From: a virus
Taxonomy: Duplodnaviria > Caudoviricetes
IMG/VR virus record: IMGVR_UViG_3300005512_000033
Coordinates: 1 to 59,854 of that record
Length of the DNA stretch: 59,854 bases
Direction: 5' to 3' (one strand)
The notes below the pieces were generated by a model. That model was not told the DNA's origin and did not search any database. It saw nothing but the letters and a program-made list of their open reading frames with translations. Positions 8,929 through 18,271 of the stretch are shown here, one piece after another. Every line of letters begins with the position of its first letter. Positions within the stretch are counted from its first letter, which is position 1. The translations under genes were made by a program, and so were the position numbers.

Positions 8929-8982
8929 GGATTCATGCATTACATATTGTGATGTGTTTATTAACTTTATAAGGAGTTTATT

Positions 8983-9204
8983 ATGAATGACAAAGTATTA
9001 AACATAGTAAGTAACATTGTTGGTTACGAAATACTAGGCAGTCCGTTTGTAGTCAACGCATTAATGAACGAAGCTAATAGGGCTATCAAACATTACGCAG
9101 AGAATGGGGATACTCCTGGCGCTGTCGTTGATCCTAAGTCTTACGCTCTTGTAGCTGAGAACGTTAAGCAACAACTCAATAAATATTTAGAGGAGAATAA
9201 ATAA
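8983..9204 (+). CDS. Hypothetical early protein
   Basis: 73 aa, TTAACTTTATAAGGAG leader. Confidence 0.7.
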   Translation: MNDKVLNIVSNIVGYEILGSPFVVNALMNEANRAIKHYAENGDTPGAVVDPKSYALVAENVKQQLNKYLEENK

Positions 9205-9350
9205 TGAAAGATATATTCGCATTGATTGCTTGTGTATGTGGTTTAGTGGCAACGTTACTGGGGTTCGCAATGAACCCCCTTGCCTACGTCTTTGTAGGTG
9301 TTGCAATAGTTCACCTAGGTATATGGTTCTACCTAACCTGGTGTGAATAG
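9204..9350 (+). CDS. Small two-TM membrane protein
   Basis: Manual translation MKDIFALIACVCGLVATLLGFAMNPLAYVFVGVAIVHLGIWFYLTWCE. TAATG coupling and GAGGAG RBS. Confidence 0.65.
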   Translation: MKDIFALIACVCGLVATLLGFAMNPLAYVFVGVAIVHLGIWFYLTWCE

Positions 9351-9355
9351 TTCTT

Positions 9356-9373
9356 GGGAGCTTCGGCTCCCTT
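9356..9373 (+). terminator. UUCG-capped hairpin (terminator-like, weak U tail)
   Basis: GGGAGC-TTCG-GCTCCC-TT right after the stop codon. Confidence 0.55.
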
Positions 9374-9467
9374 GATACCAGTTATGTGTCGTCGCCTCCG
9401 TCGAGGTCGATTTTGTCGGTTTGGCTGAGTTCAATGCGTGGGAATTCCCACGCTAAGCCCTACTTAT

Positions 9468-9496
9468 TTGACATAGCATATAACTAATTATATAAA
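9468..9496 (+). promoter_or_regulatory. Early promoter P2
   Basis: TTGACA-N17-TATAAA, followed by a 5' hairpin (atgttcgg...ctgaacat) and the TAACTTTATAGGAG leader. Confidence 0.75.
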
Positions 9497-9554
9497 TGAT
9501 TCATGTTCGGTAATTCTGCTGAACATATTTTACTAACTTTATAGGAGTGACATT

Positions 9555-10262
9555 ATGTCAAACTTAAATACAAAAACTTTAATTAATGAATCAATCGGCT
9601 TAGTTTGCAAAGGCTCTAGCATGGTCAAGCAAGGTGCTTCAATGTATCTTGATCTGGTCTTGAGATATGCAGACAAAAAGCTAATAGACAAAGTTTCAAA
9701 GTCTAAGCTAACTAAAGATGCTAACGCTGTTATTGATGACGGCTTTGCTAATATGGCAAATGAAGTCAAAGATCAAACAACGACTGCATTCTTTGAAAAT
9801 TGGGAACGAGAAAAGGGCGAGAAAATTCCAGTCAAGGTTGTAGCTGGAAAGCAATTAGTTCCTAGCGAGGATAAACCTGACATGGTATTAGAATCACGCT
9901 TAGCGTGGGCTATGCCTAAGGGCGAGTATCAATCCTTGTCTGCGACTAAGGGCGAGAACGCTGATCCAATCGGTCCTGCTAAGAAAGAGTTTTACAAGGC
10001 ATGGCGTGAATCAGCTCAAGATTACAAGCGTGACAAGTTTCGTGATCTTAAAAACGCAGTCAAAACTTTGTATGCGAAAGATAATACAGAGTCAGGCTCA
10101 AGCGTTGAAGTCTTGCCTTTCAATTCTCGCATGGTCAAAGGCTTTGCAAGTTTTGTCAAACTATACCGCAACGGTATTAAAAACGGTGACAAGCTTAATG
10201 CTCAAAAGGCAGAAAAGGTTGAATCACTAATCAATGAACTTGACAAAGTTCTTAACTCATAA
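9555..10262 (+). CDS. Hypothetical early protein
   Basis: 235 aa with its own promoter, strong RBS and terminator. No recognisable motif. Confidence 0.8.
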   Translation: MSNLNTKTLINESIGLVCKGSSMVKQGASMYLDLVLRYADKKLIDKVSKSKLTKDANAVIDDGFANMANEVKDQTTTAFFENWEREKGEKIPVKVVAGKQLVPSEDKPDMVLESRLAWAMPKGEYQSLSATKGENADPIGPAKKEFYKAWRESAQDYKRDKFRDLKNAVKTLYAKDNTESGSSVEVLPFNSRMVKGFASFVKLYRNGIKNGDKLNAQKAEKVESLINELDKVLNS

Positions 10263-10270
10263 CTCCCACA

Positions 10271-10304
10271 CCCTGTTCGGCTTCGGTCGGACAGGGTTTT
10301 TTTT
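10271..10304 (+). terminator. Intrinsic terminator
   Basis: CCCTGTTCGGC-TTCG-GTCGGACAGGG followed by T8. Confidence 0.9.
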
Positions 10305-10526
10305 CGCCCTAAATTCTTGAAACCAGTTAGATACGACGAGGTCGCTATCGTAGCCTACGACGCTAGATTATATTGCTACTGATACCAGTTATGTGTCGTC
10401 GACGTCGCTGACGCCGTTTGTAAAGTTTGCGTGGGAAATCCCACGCTACGAGGTCAGAACCATGCTATCGCTAGAGATATAATTTAGCGATGCTTTTTTA
10501 AGTCTAGTTTGCCTAGTAAACTGGGT

Positions 10527-10909
10527 TGTTCCATGCAAAACGAGGTTTTGTTCCAGTCTTTGAGGTGGGGCTTGGAACAGGTTTTTGTCAACGAGAACAA
10601 GAACTTAGTCTACTTTGTTCCAATGTTCCAGTCTTGGTACACAGGGTATGAGGTTTTGAGAAGTTTAGTCATCAAGAGGTTCGATTTTGCAGTGCAAAAC
10701 TAAACAACACAAAAAAACATCGTCCTGTTTTCACTGGAACAACTGGAACAAACTAAAAATTATTAAAATAATATAATATATAACTATATAAAGCCTAGTA
10801 AAATCAAGCACTTAGCTCAGTTCCAAATCTGTTCCAATGTTCCAATAGTAAAGTTATAGCATGGTTTTAGACTGGAACAACTGGAACAATCTTATAAATC
10901 AAGCACTTA
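10527..10909. repeat. Iteron-like array (TGTTCCA/TGGAACA x11, AAATCAAGCACTTA x2, AT-rich core); candidate replication origin
   Basis: Heptamer copies at 10527, 10549, 10573, 10616, 10624, 10735, 10744, 10830, 10838, 10873, 10882. 14-mers at 10801 and 10896. AT tract ~10752-10790. Confidence 0.7.
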
Positions 10910-11000
10910 CAACACCACTATTTTTCAGCCATTCGTAAACTAGGAGTGGAGACCACAATTCAACTCACGATATAACAACAAAAATACTTCGACTCACATA

Positions 11001-11045
11001 TTGGTAAATTAGTAAAGTTTGGTATAATATTAGTATGGTTAGAGA
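11001..11045 (+). promoter_or_regulatory. Promoter P3 (extended -10)
   Basis: aattagtaaagttTGgTATAATattagtatggttagaga; near-duplicate of P4. Confidence 0.7.
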
Positions 11046-11133
11046 TAATTACATATATTCCGTTTCGCTCTATCCAGACCGTGGGATTTCCCACGATAAT
11101 TTTTACAAGTTATTAACTTTATAGGAGAACGAG

Positions 11134-11337
11134 ATGCACAAAAAAGACTTAGAACAAATGGAGAAATACTGGGAAAAGTATCACAAATCAATACCTGATT
11201 ATCCATTAATGGATCGCAGAGAACAAATTAAACAACGCAAACTTGACAGAATATTGTCGGTTGTGTTGGTTATCTTAGTCGTTCTGTTAATCGTATCAGT
11301 AGGTATGTTGACATATCTAATGCGAGGTGGACTATGA
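11134..11337 (+). CDS. Small protein with C-terminal TM helix
   Basis: 67 aa, TAACTTTATAGGAG leader. Confidence 0.7.
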   Translation: MHKKDLEQMEKYWEKYHKSIPDYPLMDRREQIKQRKLDRILSVVLVILVVLLIVSVGMLTYLMRGGL

Positions 11338-11600
11338 GTAATAGTTTAGAAACTTCAAACACGCACTACAAAAAGCTAGAGATAATGTCAAACTATTCTA
11401 GGGACATGATGATAGAGAAAATATTAGATGACATAGTAGACAAGTTATCTAATACATACAGTGGGGACGACTTGATCGCTGAGATAGTCGAACTTAATCT
11501 TAACGGTGCTCATGCAATTAACGAGATGGACGACAAACAACTAGCAGAGAAGTGCGTAGAAATATTTGATGACAACGACGAGTGGGGAGACGAGATATGA
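11334..11600 (+). CDS. Hypothetical acidic protein
   Basis: 88 aa, ATGA coupling. Confidence 0.7.
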   Translation: MSNSLETSNTHYKKLEIMSNYSRDMMIEKILDDIVDKLSNTYSGDDLIAEIVELNLNGAHAINEMDDKQLAEKCVEIFDDNDEWGDEI

Positions 11601-11857
11601 GTATGCCAAGTATCGAAGACGAAGTATGGACGTATTGGTGTAACGAGGTTGAAGTTAATTGCCCGACACTAACAGACAAGTATCGCATGGCTGGTAAAGT
11701 TTTAGAAGAGAGGTGTGTGCCTGAGAAATATGTTAATGATGAGCAAATGTATTGTATTCAAGAACTAATCGACCACTATATCAACACCAAAGATACATCA
11801 GACTTAGTTCACATAATAGCCGACGCATTACGCAATCAGGAGGTAGACTATGATTAA
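11597..11857 (+). CDS. Hypothetical protein
   Basis: Start MSMPS via ATGA overlap. Confidence 0.65.
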   Translation: MSMPSIEDEVWTYWCNEVEVNCPTLTDKYRMAGKVLEERCVPEKYVNDEQMYCIQELIDHYINTKDTSDLVHIIADALRNQEVDYD

Positions 11858-12050
11858 CTGTATAACGTGTGGTAATGAATTCTCTAGCGATAGAGCAAAA
11901 CTAGGTTTCAAGGTTTGTCTTGACTGTGGGGAGAAGCAAGCCGAGAAAGTTAAGCACTGTGTAGCACCGATGCACAAATCAAACTACATGGTGTTCACAA
12001 ACTACGATGACTTAAAAGGCATCAACAACAAGGGGGGTTTAATCAAATGA
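11850..12050 (+). CDS. C4 zinc-finger protein
   Basis: CxxC...R..LG...CLDCGE...PMHKSNY, GGAGG RBS. Confidence 0.75.
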   Translation: MINCITCGNEFSSDRAKLGFKVCLDCGEKQAEKVKHCVAPMHKSNYMVFTNYDDLKGINNKGGLIK

Positions 12051-12199
12051 GTATCACAAACAAAGATGATTGGAAAATCATTATGCACAATCGCAAGAAC
12101 GTAAATAAAAAGGACAGGGTGTGGGAGTATCCTGAGGAAGAACAGACAGAAGACTTGTCTGACATTGAACTTGACTTTGACAGAGAGGAGGATAGCTAA
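12047..12199 (+). CDS. Small hypothetical protein with acidic tail
   Basis: Manual 50 aa ORF MSITNKDDW..., ATGA overlap. Confidence 0.5.
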   Translation: MSITNKDDWKIIMHNRKNVNKKDRVWEYPEEEQTEDLSDIELDFDREEDS

Positions 12200-12229
12200 A
12201 CACTGAACAAAAATAGTCGAACTAGGCTA

Positions 12230-12275
12230 TTGTAGAATTAGTAAAGTTTGCTATAATATAAGTATGGTGAGAGAG
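12230..12275 (+). promoter_or_regulatory. Promoter P4 (extended -10)
   Basis: aattagtaaagttTGcTATAATataagtatggtgagaga. Confidence 0.7.
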
Positions 12276-12387
12276 ATTCATAAACCATGCAAAACAAGTA
12301 AACATGCAGTTGAGATACAAAAACATGCAGTAGCAACAGAGAGCGTGGGATTTCCCACGATACATATTAACTTTATAGGAGAACGAC

Positions 12388-13299
12388 ATGCACTACGTCG
12401 AACTACAACAACCTAAACATATTACATCACTAGCCACATCAGCAGTATTGGTATCGGTGGACGTAAATGTTTGGTCAGCAACAAAACAAGACAGGGGTAT
12501 CTCATCAGAGGTAACCAAACTTAAACGAGCAGACAGTAACGCAGGTAGGTTTGTTAAGAATCTATTAGCTAACAACATCTACCACAAAGACTTGGTGAAC
12601 TATCGACAGACCATTTACAACTGGTTAAAGCGTAGCACATACCGATGGAACGTCAGTCAAGACTTATTACCTACAATCAACTTAGAGAAATTCAAATCTG
12701 AGTATGACGAACATCAGACAGAGTTTTACAGACTACTAGATGATTTTTGCGATAGGTATGACACTATTAAATCAAACATGGCTTTTAGTCAGGGTGATAT
12801 GTATAACGCAGATGATTACCCAAGCGTAGATGAGGTCAAGAGTAAGTTTGCATGTAACCTGTATGTTTCTGAAGTGCCTGAACAAGACTTCCGTTGTCAA
12901 GTAGCACAAGACTTGGCGAATGACTTGAAACTACAATATCAAAAACAAGCAGAGGAGATAGTTAAGAATGTATTACATCAACAAACAGAACGAATCACGA
13001 ATGTCATGGAAAGTATCGCACACTGTTGTGGAACGCAAGAGATTACTAAAGACGGCAAAACTACAACAAAGAAACGAAAAATCTATGATAGCACCATCGA
13101 GAAAGCAAAAGAGTTATGCGAAACAATCAGGAACTTCCAACTAACTGATAGTGAACATAGCACAAGACTTAGATCAGTAGCGAATCAATTAGACGATACC
13201 CTACAAGGTGTTGACAGTGAAAAGCTACGAGTAAGTGATAGCACAAGAGAGCGTGTTAAGAACGACGTGGAAGACATACTTTCTAAATTTCAATTCTAA
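12388..13299 (+). CDS. DUF3150-like helical protein
   Basis: SAVLVSVDVNVWSATKQD start and F...Y...G.MY...DYP motif. Family inferred mainly from its position before the AAA+ and vWA genes. Confidence 0.55.
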   Translation: MHYVELQQPKHITSLATSAVLVSVDVNVWSATKQDRGISSEVTKLKRADSNAGRFVKNLLANNIYHKDLVNYRQTIYNWLKRSTYRWNVSQDLLPTINLEKFKSEYDEHQTEFYRLLDDFCDRYDTIKSNMAFSQGDMYNADDYPSVDEVKSKFACNLYVSEVPEQDFRCQVAQDLANDLKLQYQKQAEEIVKNVLHQQTERITNVMESIAHCCGTQEITKDGKTTTKKRKIYDSTIEKAKELCETIRNFQLTDSEHSTRLRSVANQLDDTLQGVDSEKLRVSDSTRERVKNDVEDILSKFQF

Positions 13300-13332
13300 T
13301 CGTGGGAATTCCCACACATAAAGGAGAGCGTA

Positions 13333-14388
13333 ATGCACACAGTAACAATTAAAGAACTACGAACACTTATCCCAACTATTGGTAGAGAGATCACACCGAT
13401 CATACAATCCGAGCCAGGTTGTGGTAAGACATCATTACTTCATATGCTAGAGGAAGACTTGGGCGACAAATACGACTACATCTACGTCGACTGCCCAGTG
13501 AAAGATATGTCAGACATAGCTATGACTATTCCTAACCATGATACTAAAACATTGGAAAGCTACGTGGGTTCTATATTCAAACTAGAAAGTGATAAACCAA
13601 AAGTTATATTACTCGACGAGTTTATGAAATCCCCTAAGCTACTACAAGTTATCTTCACAAGGCTAATGCTAGAGAGATGCGTAGGTGATACACCACTACC
13701 TGAGGGTTCTATTGTGTTCGGCACATCGAATAACCAATCCGACGGAGTAGGCGACACTATGCTAGCCCACGCAGGTAACAGGGTTTGTATCTTGCAAATG
13801 GAGAAACCACAAGTAGATGACTGGCTAATATGGGCAACTGATAATGACATACACCCACTTATCAGAGCATGGGTTCATATGTTTCCTAGATCGCTAGCAA
13901 GTTACTTAGATGATAACCAAGAGGACAATCCCTACATCTTCAATCCGAAGAAACATCAACTGAGTTTTGTCTCGCCACGCTCATTGGCTAAGTCTTCCGT
14001 CATTGTTTCTAACAGAGACACACTAGGAGATAAGGCTACAATGTCAGCATTGTCAGGCACGATCGGCACGAGTGCATCGTCGGATATGTCAGCGTTTCTA
14101 TCGCTAGAGAAAAAATTACCTAAGTTCCAAGACATCTTAGATAACCCTGACAAGATAGCTATACCATCTGAAATATCAGCACAACTTATGGTTATGTTCC
14201 AAGCTGTGGACATACTCAAGACACAGGACGAGTTATCTGACTTCATGAAGTTTGTAAACAGACTACCAAGCAGTGAGATGCAAGCCGTGTTCTTTACCAT
14301 GATGGTTAAATCTAAGAAAGCACGAGACATAGCACGAGGTAACAAACAGATTGCTAAGTGGTGCGAAGAAAACTTTGACTTATTCTAG
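13333..14388 (+). CDS. MoxR-like AAA+ ATPase
   Basis: Walker A SEPGCGKT, Walker B LLDE, sensor I TSN, NR finger, SPRS sensor II. Confidence 0.9.
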   Translation: MHTVTIKELRTLIPTIGREITPIIQSEPGCGKTSLLHMLEEDLGDKYDYIYVDCPVKDMSDIAMTIPNHDTKTLESYVGSIFKLESDKPKVILLDEFMKSPKLLQVIFTRLMLERCVGDTPLPEGSIVFGTSNNQSDGVGDTMLAHAGNRVCILQMEKPQVDDWLIWATDNDIHPLIRAWVHMFPRSLASYLDDNQEDNPYIFNPKKHQLSFVSPRSLAKSSVIVSNRDTLGDKATMSALSGTIGTSASSDMSAFLSLEKKLPKFQDILDNPDKIAIPSEISAQLMVMFQAVDILKTQDELSDFMKFVNRLPSSEMQAVFFTMMVKSKKARDIARGNKQIAKWCEENFDLF

Positions 14389-14398
14389 GAGACTATCA

Positions 14399-15598
14399 AT
14401 GAATAGAATAACAGAAGAAACAAGACTGAAGAAAGCTCACATAGCTTTGATGAAACACCACGAGACTGCTTTGTATTCAGGCGTAATGATGATGGGTAAA
14501 AGCGAGATCATTGATGAGAATATTACGGCATACACTGATGGTGTAAACAAGAAGTATGGTCGGTCGTTTGTATCTAAACTTAAAGACGAAGAACTACGAG
14601 CATTGGTTCTTCACGAGAACTTGCACGTTGCACTCAAGCACGTCGCTAGGTTCAAGCGTGAGTTTAAGGACGATCCCCAACTGGTTAACATGTCAGCAGA
14701 TTATGTTGTCAATGATGTAATTGTAAACATCAAAGAGCATGGGTTTCTTAGACTACCCGAAGGTGGGTTGGTTGATGACAAGTATCACAACTGGTCGGTG
14801 CGTGAAGTATACAACGACTTGAAAGATATGCGTCAGAACAGACCACAAGAGTTTGAACAGAAGTATGGTGATGGTGATGGCAATACTATGGACGAACATG
14901 ACTTTGAACATGGTCAGGCTATGTCTGAGAAACAATCTAATGAACTATCTGACAGTATCGACAAGGCACTGCGTGAGGGTTCAGTATTGGCTGGCAGACT
15001 TGGTGCTAAGATTCCTAGAACTATTGAGGACTTACTAGCACCGAAGGTCGACTGGCGAACTGTGTTGAGAGAATTCATTATGTCAGTAACACGAGGAACA
15101 GACGAATACTCTTGGCGTAGGTTCAACAAGCGACACATGGTCAACGACATATACTTACCAATCACTGAGAATGAAAGAGTGGGTGAACTTGTTGTTGCCA
15201 TTGACACATCAGGCTCTATCGGCACACGAGAACTTACTGAGTTCACATCAGAACTGGTTTCAATCTGTGAGGTCGCTAATCCTGAAAAAATTAAACTGCT
15301 ATGGTGGGATACTGAAGTGCATGGTATCCAAGAGTTTGCTGATGACTATACGGACATACAAAATCAGGTCAAGCCACAAGGTGGAGGTGGCACTGACCCA
15401 CAATGTATTCCTAAGTATATCAATGATAACAACATCAACGCACAGGGTTTGATTGTATTTACTGATGGTTACTTCTATGGCACGGATAACCTTGAGTGGA
15501 GTATATCTTATCCGACACTATGGCTAGTAACAGAGAACGAGGACTTGCGTGTTCCGACAGGCAAGATTGTGAAGTATGATCGTGGGAATTCCCACTAA
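14399..15598 (+). CDS. Metallopeptidase-vWA protein (DUF2201-like)
   Basis: TAYTDG, HENLH zincin motif, MIDAS DTSGS, GGGT, FTDG. Start at MNRITEE after AGGAG. Confidence 0.88.
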   Translation: MNRITEETRLKKAHIALMKHHETALYSGVMMMGKSEIIDENITAYTDGVNKKYGRSFVSKLKDEELRALVLHENLHVALKHVARFKREFKDDPQLVNMSADYVVNDVIVNIKEHGFLRLPEGGLVDDKYHNWSVREVYNDLKDMRQNRPQEFEQKYGDGDGNTMDEHDFEHGQAMSEKQSNELSDSIDKALREGSVLAGRLGAKIPRTIEDLLAPKVDWRTVLREFIMSVTRGTDEYSWRRFNKRHMVNDIYLPITENERVGELVVAIDTSGSIGTRELTEFTSELVSICEVANPEKIKLLWWDTEVHGIQEFADDYTDIQNQVKPQGGGGTDPQCIPKYINDNNINAQGLIVFTDGYFYGTDNLEWSISYPTLWLVTENEDLRVPTGKIVKYDRGNSH

Positions 15599-15611
15599 CG
15601 GAGGTGAGAGT

Positions 15612-15824
15612 ATGAAAGAAATAATACATGAGTTTACAACGGATAGATTCGATAATGACTTACCATGGAAAGCAGTATGCTTGGTTGATGATAAAAGCAT
15701 AACAATAAAGCATATAACATGCGATGGAGTAGAACATGATGAAGATGATTTACCGCATGGCATGATTGAATCAATAAAAGATTCAGCAAGAGAGTTATAT
15801 AACGAGGGAGAATATTATGCCTAA
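15612..15824 (+). CDS. Hypothetical protein
   Basis: Start MKEIIH after GGAGGT. Confidence 0.65.
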   Translation: MKEIIHEFTTDRFDNDLPWKAVCLVDDKSITIKHITCDGVEHDEDDLPHGMIESIKDSARELYNEGEYYA

Positions 15825-15960
15825 AATAGTTTCGTGGAATTTAGTCGCTTATGATGAAGATGATAATGAGATTATAGTAGATGTTCATCGACACCATGTA
15901 GCCAATGTTATAGATGATTTTTTAACTGAAGAATTTAAGGAGGACGAAGATGAAGAATAA
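15817..15960 (+). CDS. Small acidic hypothetical protein
   Basis: Manual 47 aa ORF MPKIVSW..., GGGAG RBS. Confidence 0.55.
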   Translation: MPKIVSWNLVAYDEDDNEIIVDVHRHHVANVIDDFLTEEFKEDEDEE

Positions 15961-16105
15961 AATATTTAGAGTTAGCATAGCCCAGTATTGCAAACCTATT
16001 ACAGTGTTTGCGAAAGACGAGGACGACGCTAGAAATAAAGCAACAGAAGACCATGTTTGGGAAGTAGAAGAAGCAAGTTTTGATATTGAGGAGATACCAT
16101 CATGA
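15950..16105 (+). CDS. Small hypothetical protein
   Basis: Manual 51 aa ORF MKNKIFRV...VFAKDEDDARNKA, AGGAGG RBS, ATGA coupling to the next gene. Confidence 0.6.
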   Translation: MKNKIFRVSIAQYCKPITVFAKDEDDARNKATEDHVWEVEEASFDIEEIPS

Positions 16106-16353
16106 ATAACATACGAGGACACAAAGTTATCATAGAAAGAGAATACACATACTATTTCACATTGTTGTTTTGGTTTGTATTGGGTGCAACTGTTGGTGCA
16201 TCAGGACACAAGGCTTACCTAATGGGTATGAGTTTATTATATGACGAACCGATAACGTATCTTTGCAAACAAGGTATCGTGTATAAACAGGCTGATCCAA
16301 TTAGCACTGTGTATTTAAAAACTGACCAACAATGTATAGAGGAGAAAATGTAA
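16102..16353 (+). CDS. Hypothetical membrane protein
   Basis: 83 aa, one hydrophobic helix. Confidence 0.6.
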   Translation: MNNIRGHKVIIEREYTYYFTLLFWFVLGATVGASGHKAYLMGMSLLYDEPITYLCKQGIVYKQADPISTVYLKTDQQCIEEKM

Positions 16354-17237
16354 TGCTAGAGAATGTAACATACGACAAACTGTGTGATATTGTAAACACA
16401 CAAGAACCAATCAGAGGTAGGTATACCGAGGACTATCCTTGGGCAGACAGGAAGTATTCACCAACTAAATATTTTACTGCTCACTACGAGAAAGATGACA
16501 AGGGCGTAAATCGGATAGCTATGTTTGATGTATTCTATGGTAAAGAAAACCTTTTACTATCAGTGTTTCCTATGAACATTGTAGAATTCAATCCACATGA
16601 GAAATGGGGATACTCACAAGGCGAGACACAAATACTTAAATCACTAAACGCAACTGAGGGTTGGATGGATTATGGATTCCGAGAAGGACAAACTTTCTAT
16701 AATGAAAAACGACGTGGTGGCTTTTGCTATTCAAGGCTATTTTCTAAAGACTACTACACTGTAATACCAATACGAAAAGGTATACGATACTACATGGACA
16801 CTGACAAGGTTGTAGAAGGGTATGAGTATGACATCGTTGAGAAGATTCTTAATCGAAAGACTACAAACAAGATTAAGAAAGAGAATGCTAGTATGTTCAA
16901 GCAAGTTTTACCTTGGCTAACTTCATTATCAGCTAATGACTTGCTAGAGATAATACAAAGTGATAAGTTTAGGGATACTTCTAGTAAAGAGTATCTACAA
17001 AATAAAGATAACATACATTTTGCATTGAAAGCATATCAAAATTATCCAAATAATAGAACATACTACTTTTCTGATTCATTCAAACGTCATCTGTTAAAAC
17101 ATTATGACAAGGCAATCATACATGAACTCAGGAATTTTTATGACAATGCTTACAAAGAAAGAGTAACGCCTTGCGAGAATAAATTTTTCGCAGGTTCAAA
17201 CCACGATATTGAAATTAAACTTAGAGGGAGAATATAA
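16353..17237 (+). CDS. Hypothetical protein
   Basis: Long ORF. Start MLENV via TAATG after GAGGAG. Confidence 0.75.
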   Translation: MLENVTYDKLCDIVNTQEPIRGRYTEDYPWADRKYSPTKYFTAHYEKDDKGVNRIAMFDVFYGKENLLLSVFPMNIVEFNPHEKWGYSQGETQILKSLNATEGWMDYGFREGQTFYNEKRRGGFCYSRLFSKDYYTVIPIRKGIRYYMDTDKVVEGYEYDIVEKILNRKTTNKIKKENASMFKQVLPWLTSLSANDLLEIIQSDKFRDTSSKEYLQNKDNIHFALKAYQNYPNNRTYYFSDSFKRHLLKHYDKAIIHELRNFYDNAYKERVTPCENKFFAGSNHDIEIKLRGRI

Positions 17238-18271
17238 TGACCACTGTAAACGATAGCAAAAAACTATTTATTGACGACCACTCTCACTGGAAATATTCTA
17301 GTCTGATGGGAACTGCAAGAACATTCATTGAGGAGATCAATCACGCTTTTAAATACAAAGTTATTAACAAAGTAGATTTAAAATCCTCATGGAGTGGCTA
17401 TGAAATATCTACTAACACTGAAGATGCAAAACATAGTGGGTGGTTGATGGGTTTAGATGATGGACTACCTAGATGTATTATTATGGTAGAGAAAATAAAT
17501 CATAGAGATCAATGGGTTGATAACTACACTTACATATCGCCTAATGCAATAAAAGAACAAGGGGATAGATATAGTCTTACATCAATACACTTGAATAGGT
17601 TGATAAAGAAGATTAAAGAACGAGAAAAACATACTGACCATTTAGGTGATGAAATCAATATGATGAACTCAAGACAAATGGCAAGAGACTTATCAACAAT
17701 GATTGTAGACTTAGATAATCTAACGAATAAAAGAAACAACACTTATATTGGTGGCGTAGCATTACAATTACTTATCGAGAAAGCAACAGGTAAAGATGTA
17801 ATTATTGATGGTAATACTGCACTGCTCTATAAGGATACGCTTGACAAACTATACAAAATAAACGATGATATTGAATCAGGTCTAGAAACAGCACAACAAA
17901 GTATTAGAAAACCTTTTCACTTTTTGATAACTTCTAGATATTATGATGGGTATATTATGGGACAAGCTAAGGTGATTGACAGAGAAGATAAATTAGATAC
18001 AAGAGATCTACAAATCTTAAACATGAAACGCTATGTCGATATACAAGATTATGAACACTTTGAAAGTATCATACCAAAACTAACTATGTTTAAAGTAGGC
18101 TATGAACCTGACGACAAAAATTCAAATAAGATATATAGTGATTATTTCTTAGAAAGTAATGGTTGGTATAGTCGAGCAAACATATTCCACAAAGACTTCG
18201 GTATACTTACATATACTCTTGGTGAACATAATAATTTCAAAATGCTTACTACGATTGTAACGGATGTTTAA
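17237..18271 (+). CDS. Hypothetical protein
   Basis: 344 aa, TAATG coupling. Confidence 0.8.
   Translation: MTTVNDSKKLFIDDHSHWKYSSLMGTARTFIEEINHAFKYKVINKVDLKSSWSGYEISTNTEDAKHSGWLMGLDDGLPRCIIMVEKINHRDQWVDNYTYISPNAIKEQGDRYSLTSIHLNRLIKKIKEREKHTDHLGDEINMMNSRQMARDLSTMIVDLDNLTNKRNNTYIGGVALQLLIEKATGKDVIIDGNTALLYKDTLDKLYKINDDIESGLETAQQSIRKPFHFLITSRYYDGYIMGQAKVIDREDKLDTRDLQILNMKRYVDIQDYEHFESIIPKLTMFKVGYEPDDKNSNKIYSDYFLESNGWYSRANIFHKDFGILTYTLGEHNNFKMLTTIVTDV

Larger units (their letters stand above)
9373..10401 (+). repeat. 22-bp direct repeat TGATACCAGTTATGTGTCGTCG (9373-9394, 10380-10401; partial copy ~10318-10329)
   Basis: Direct reading of the sequence. Confidence 0.85.

Noticed and set aside
9437-9452. 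Resemblance of GGGAATTCCC to a eukaryotic NF-kB site
   Set aside because: Bacteriophage context; coincidental similarity of palindromes.
10509-10703. 64-aa ORF in the repeat array
   Set aside because: TTG start without SD, and it runs through the TGTTCCA repeats; likely chance.
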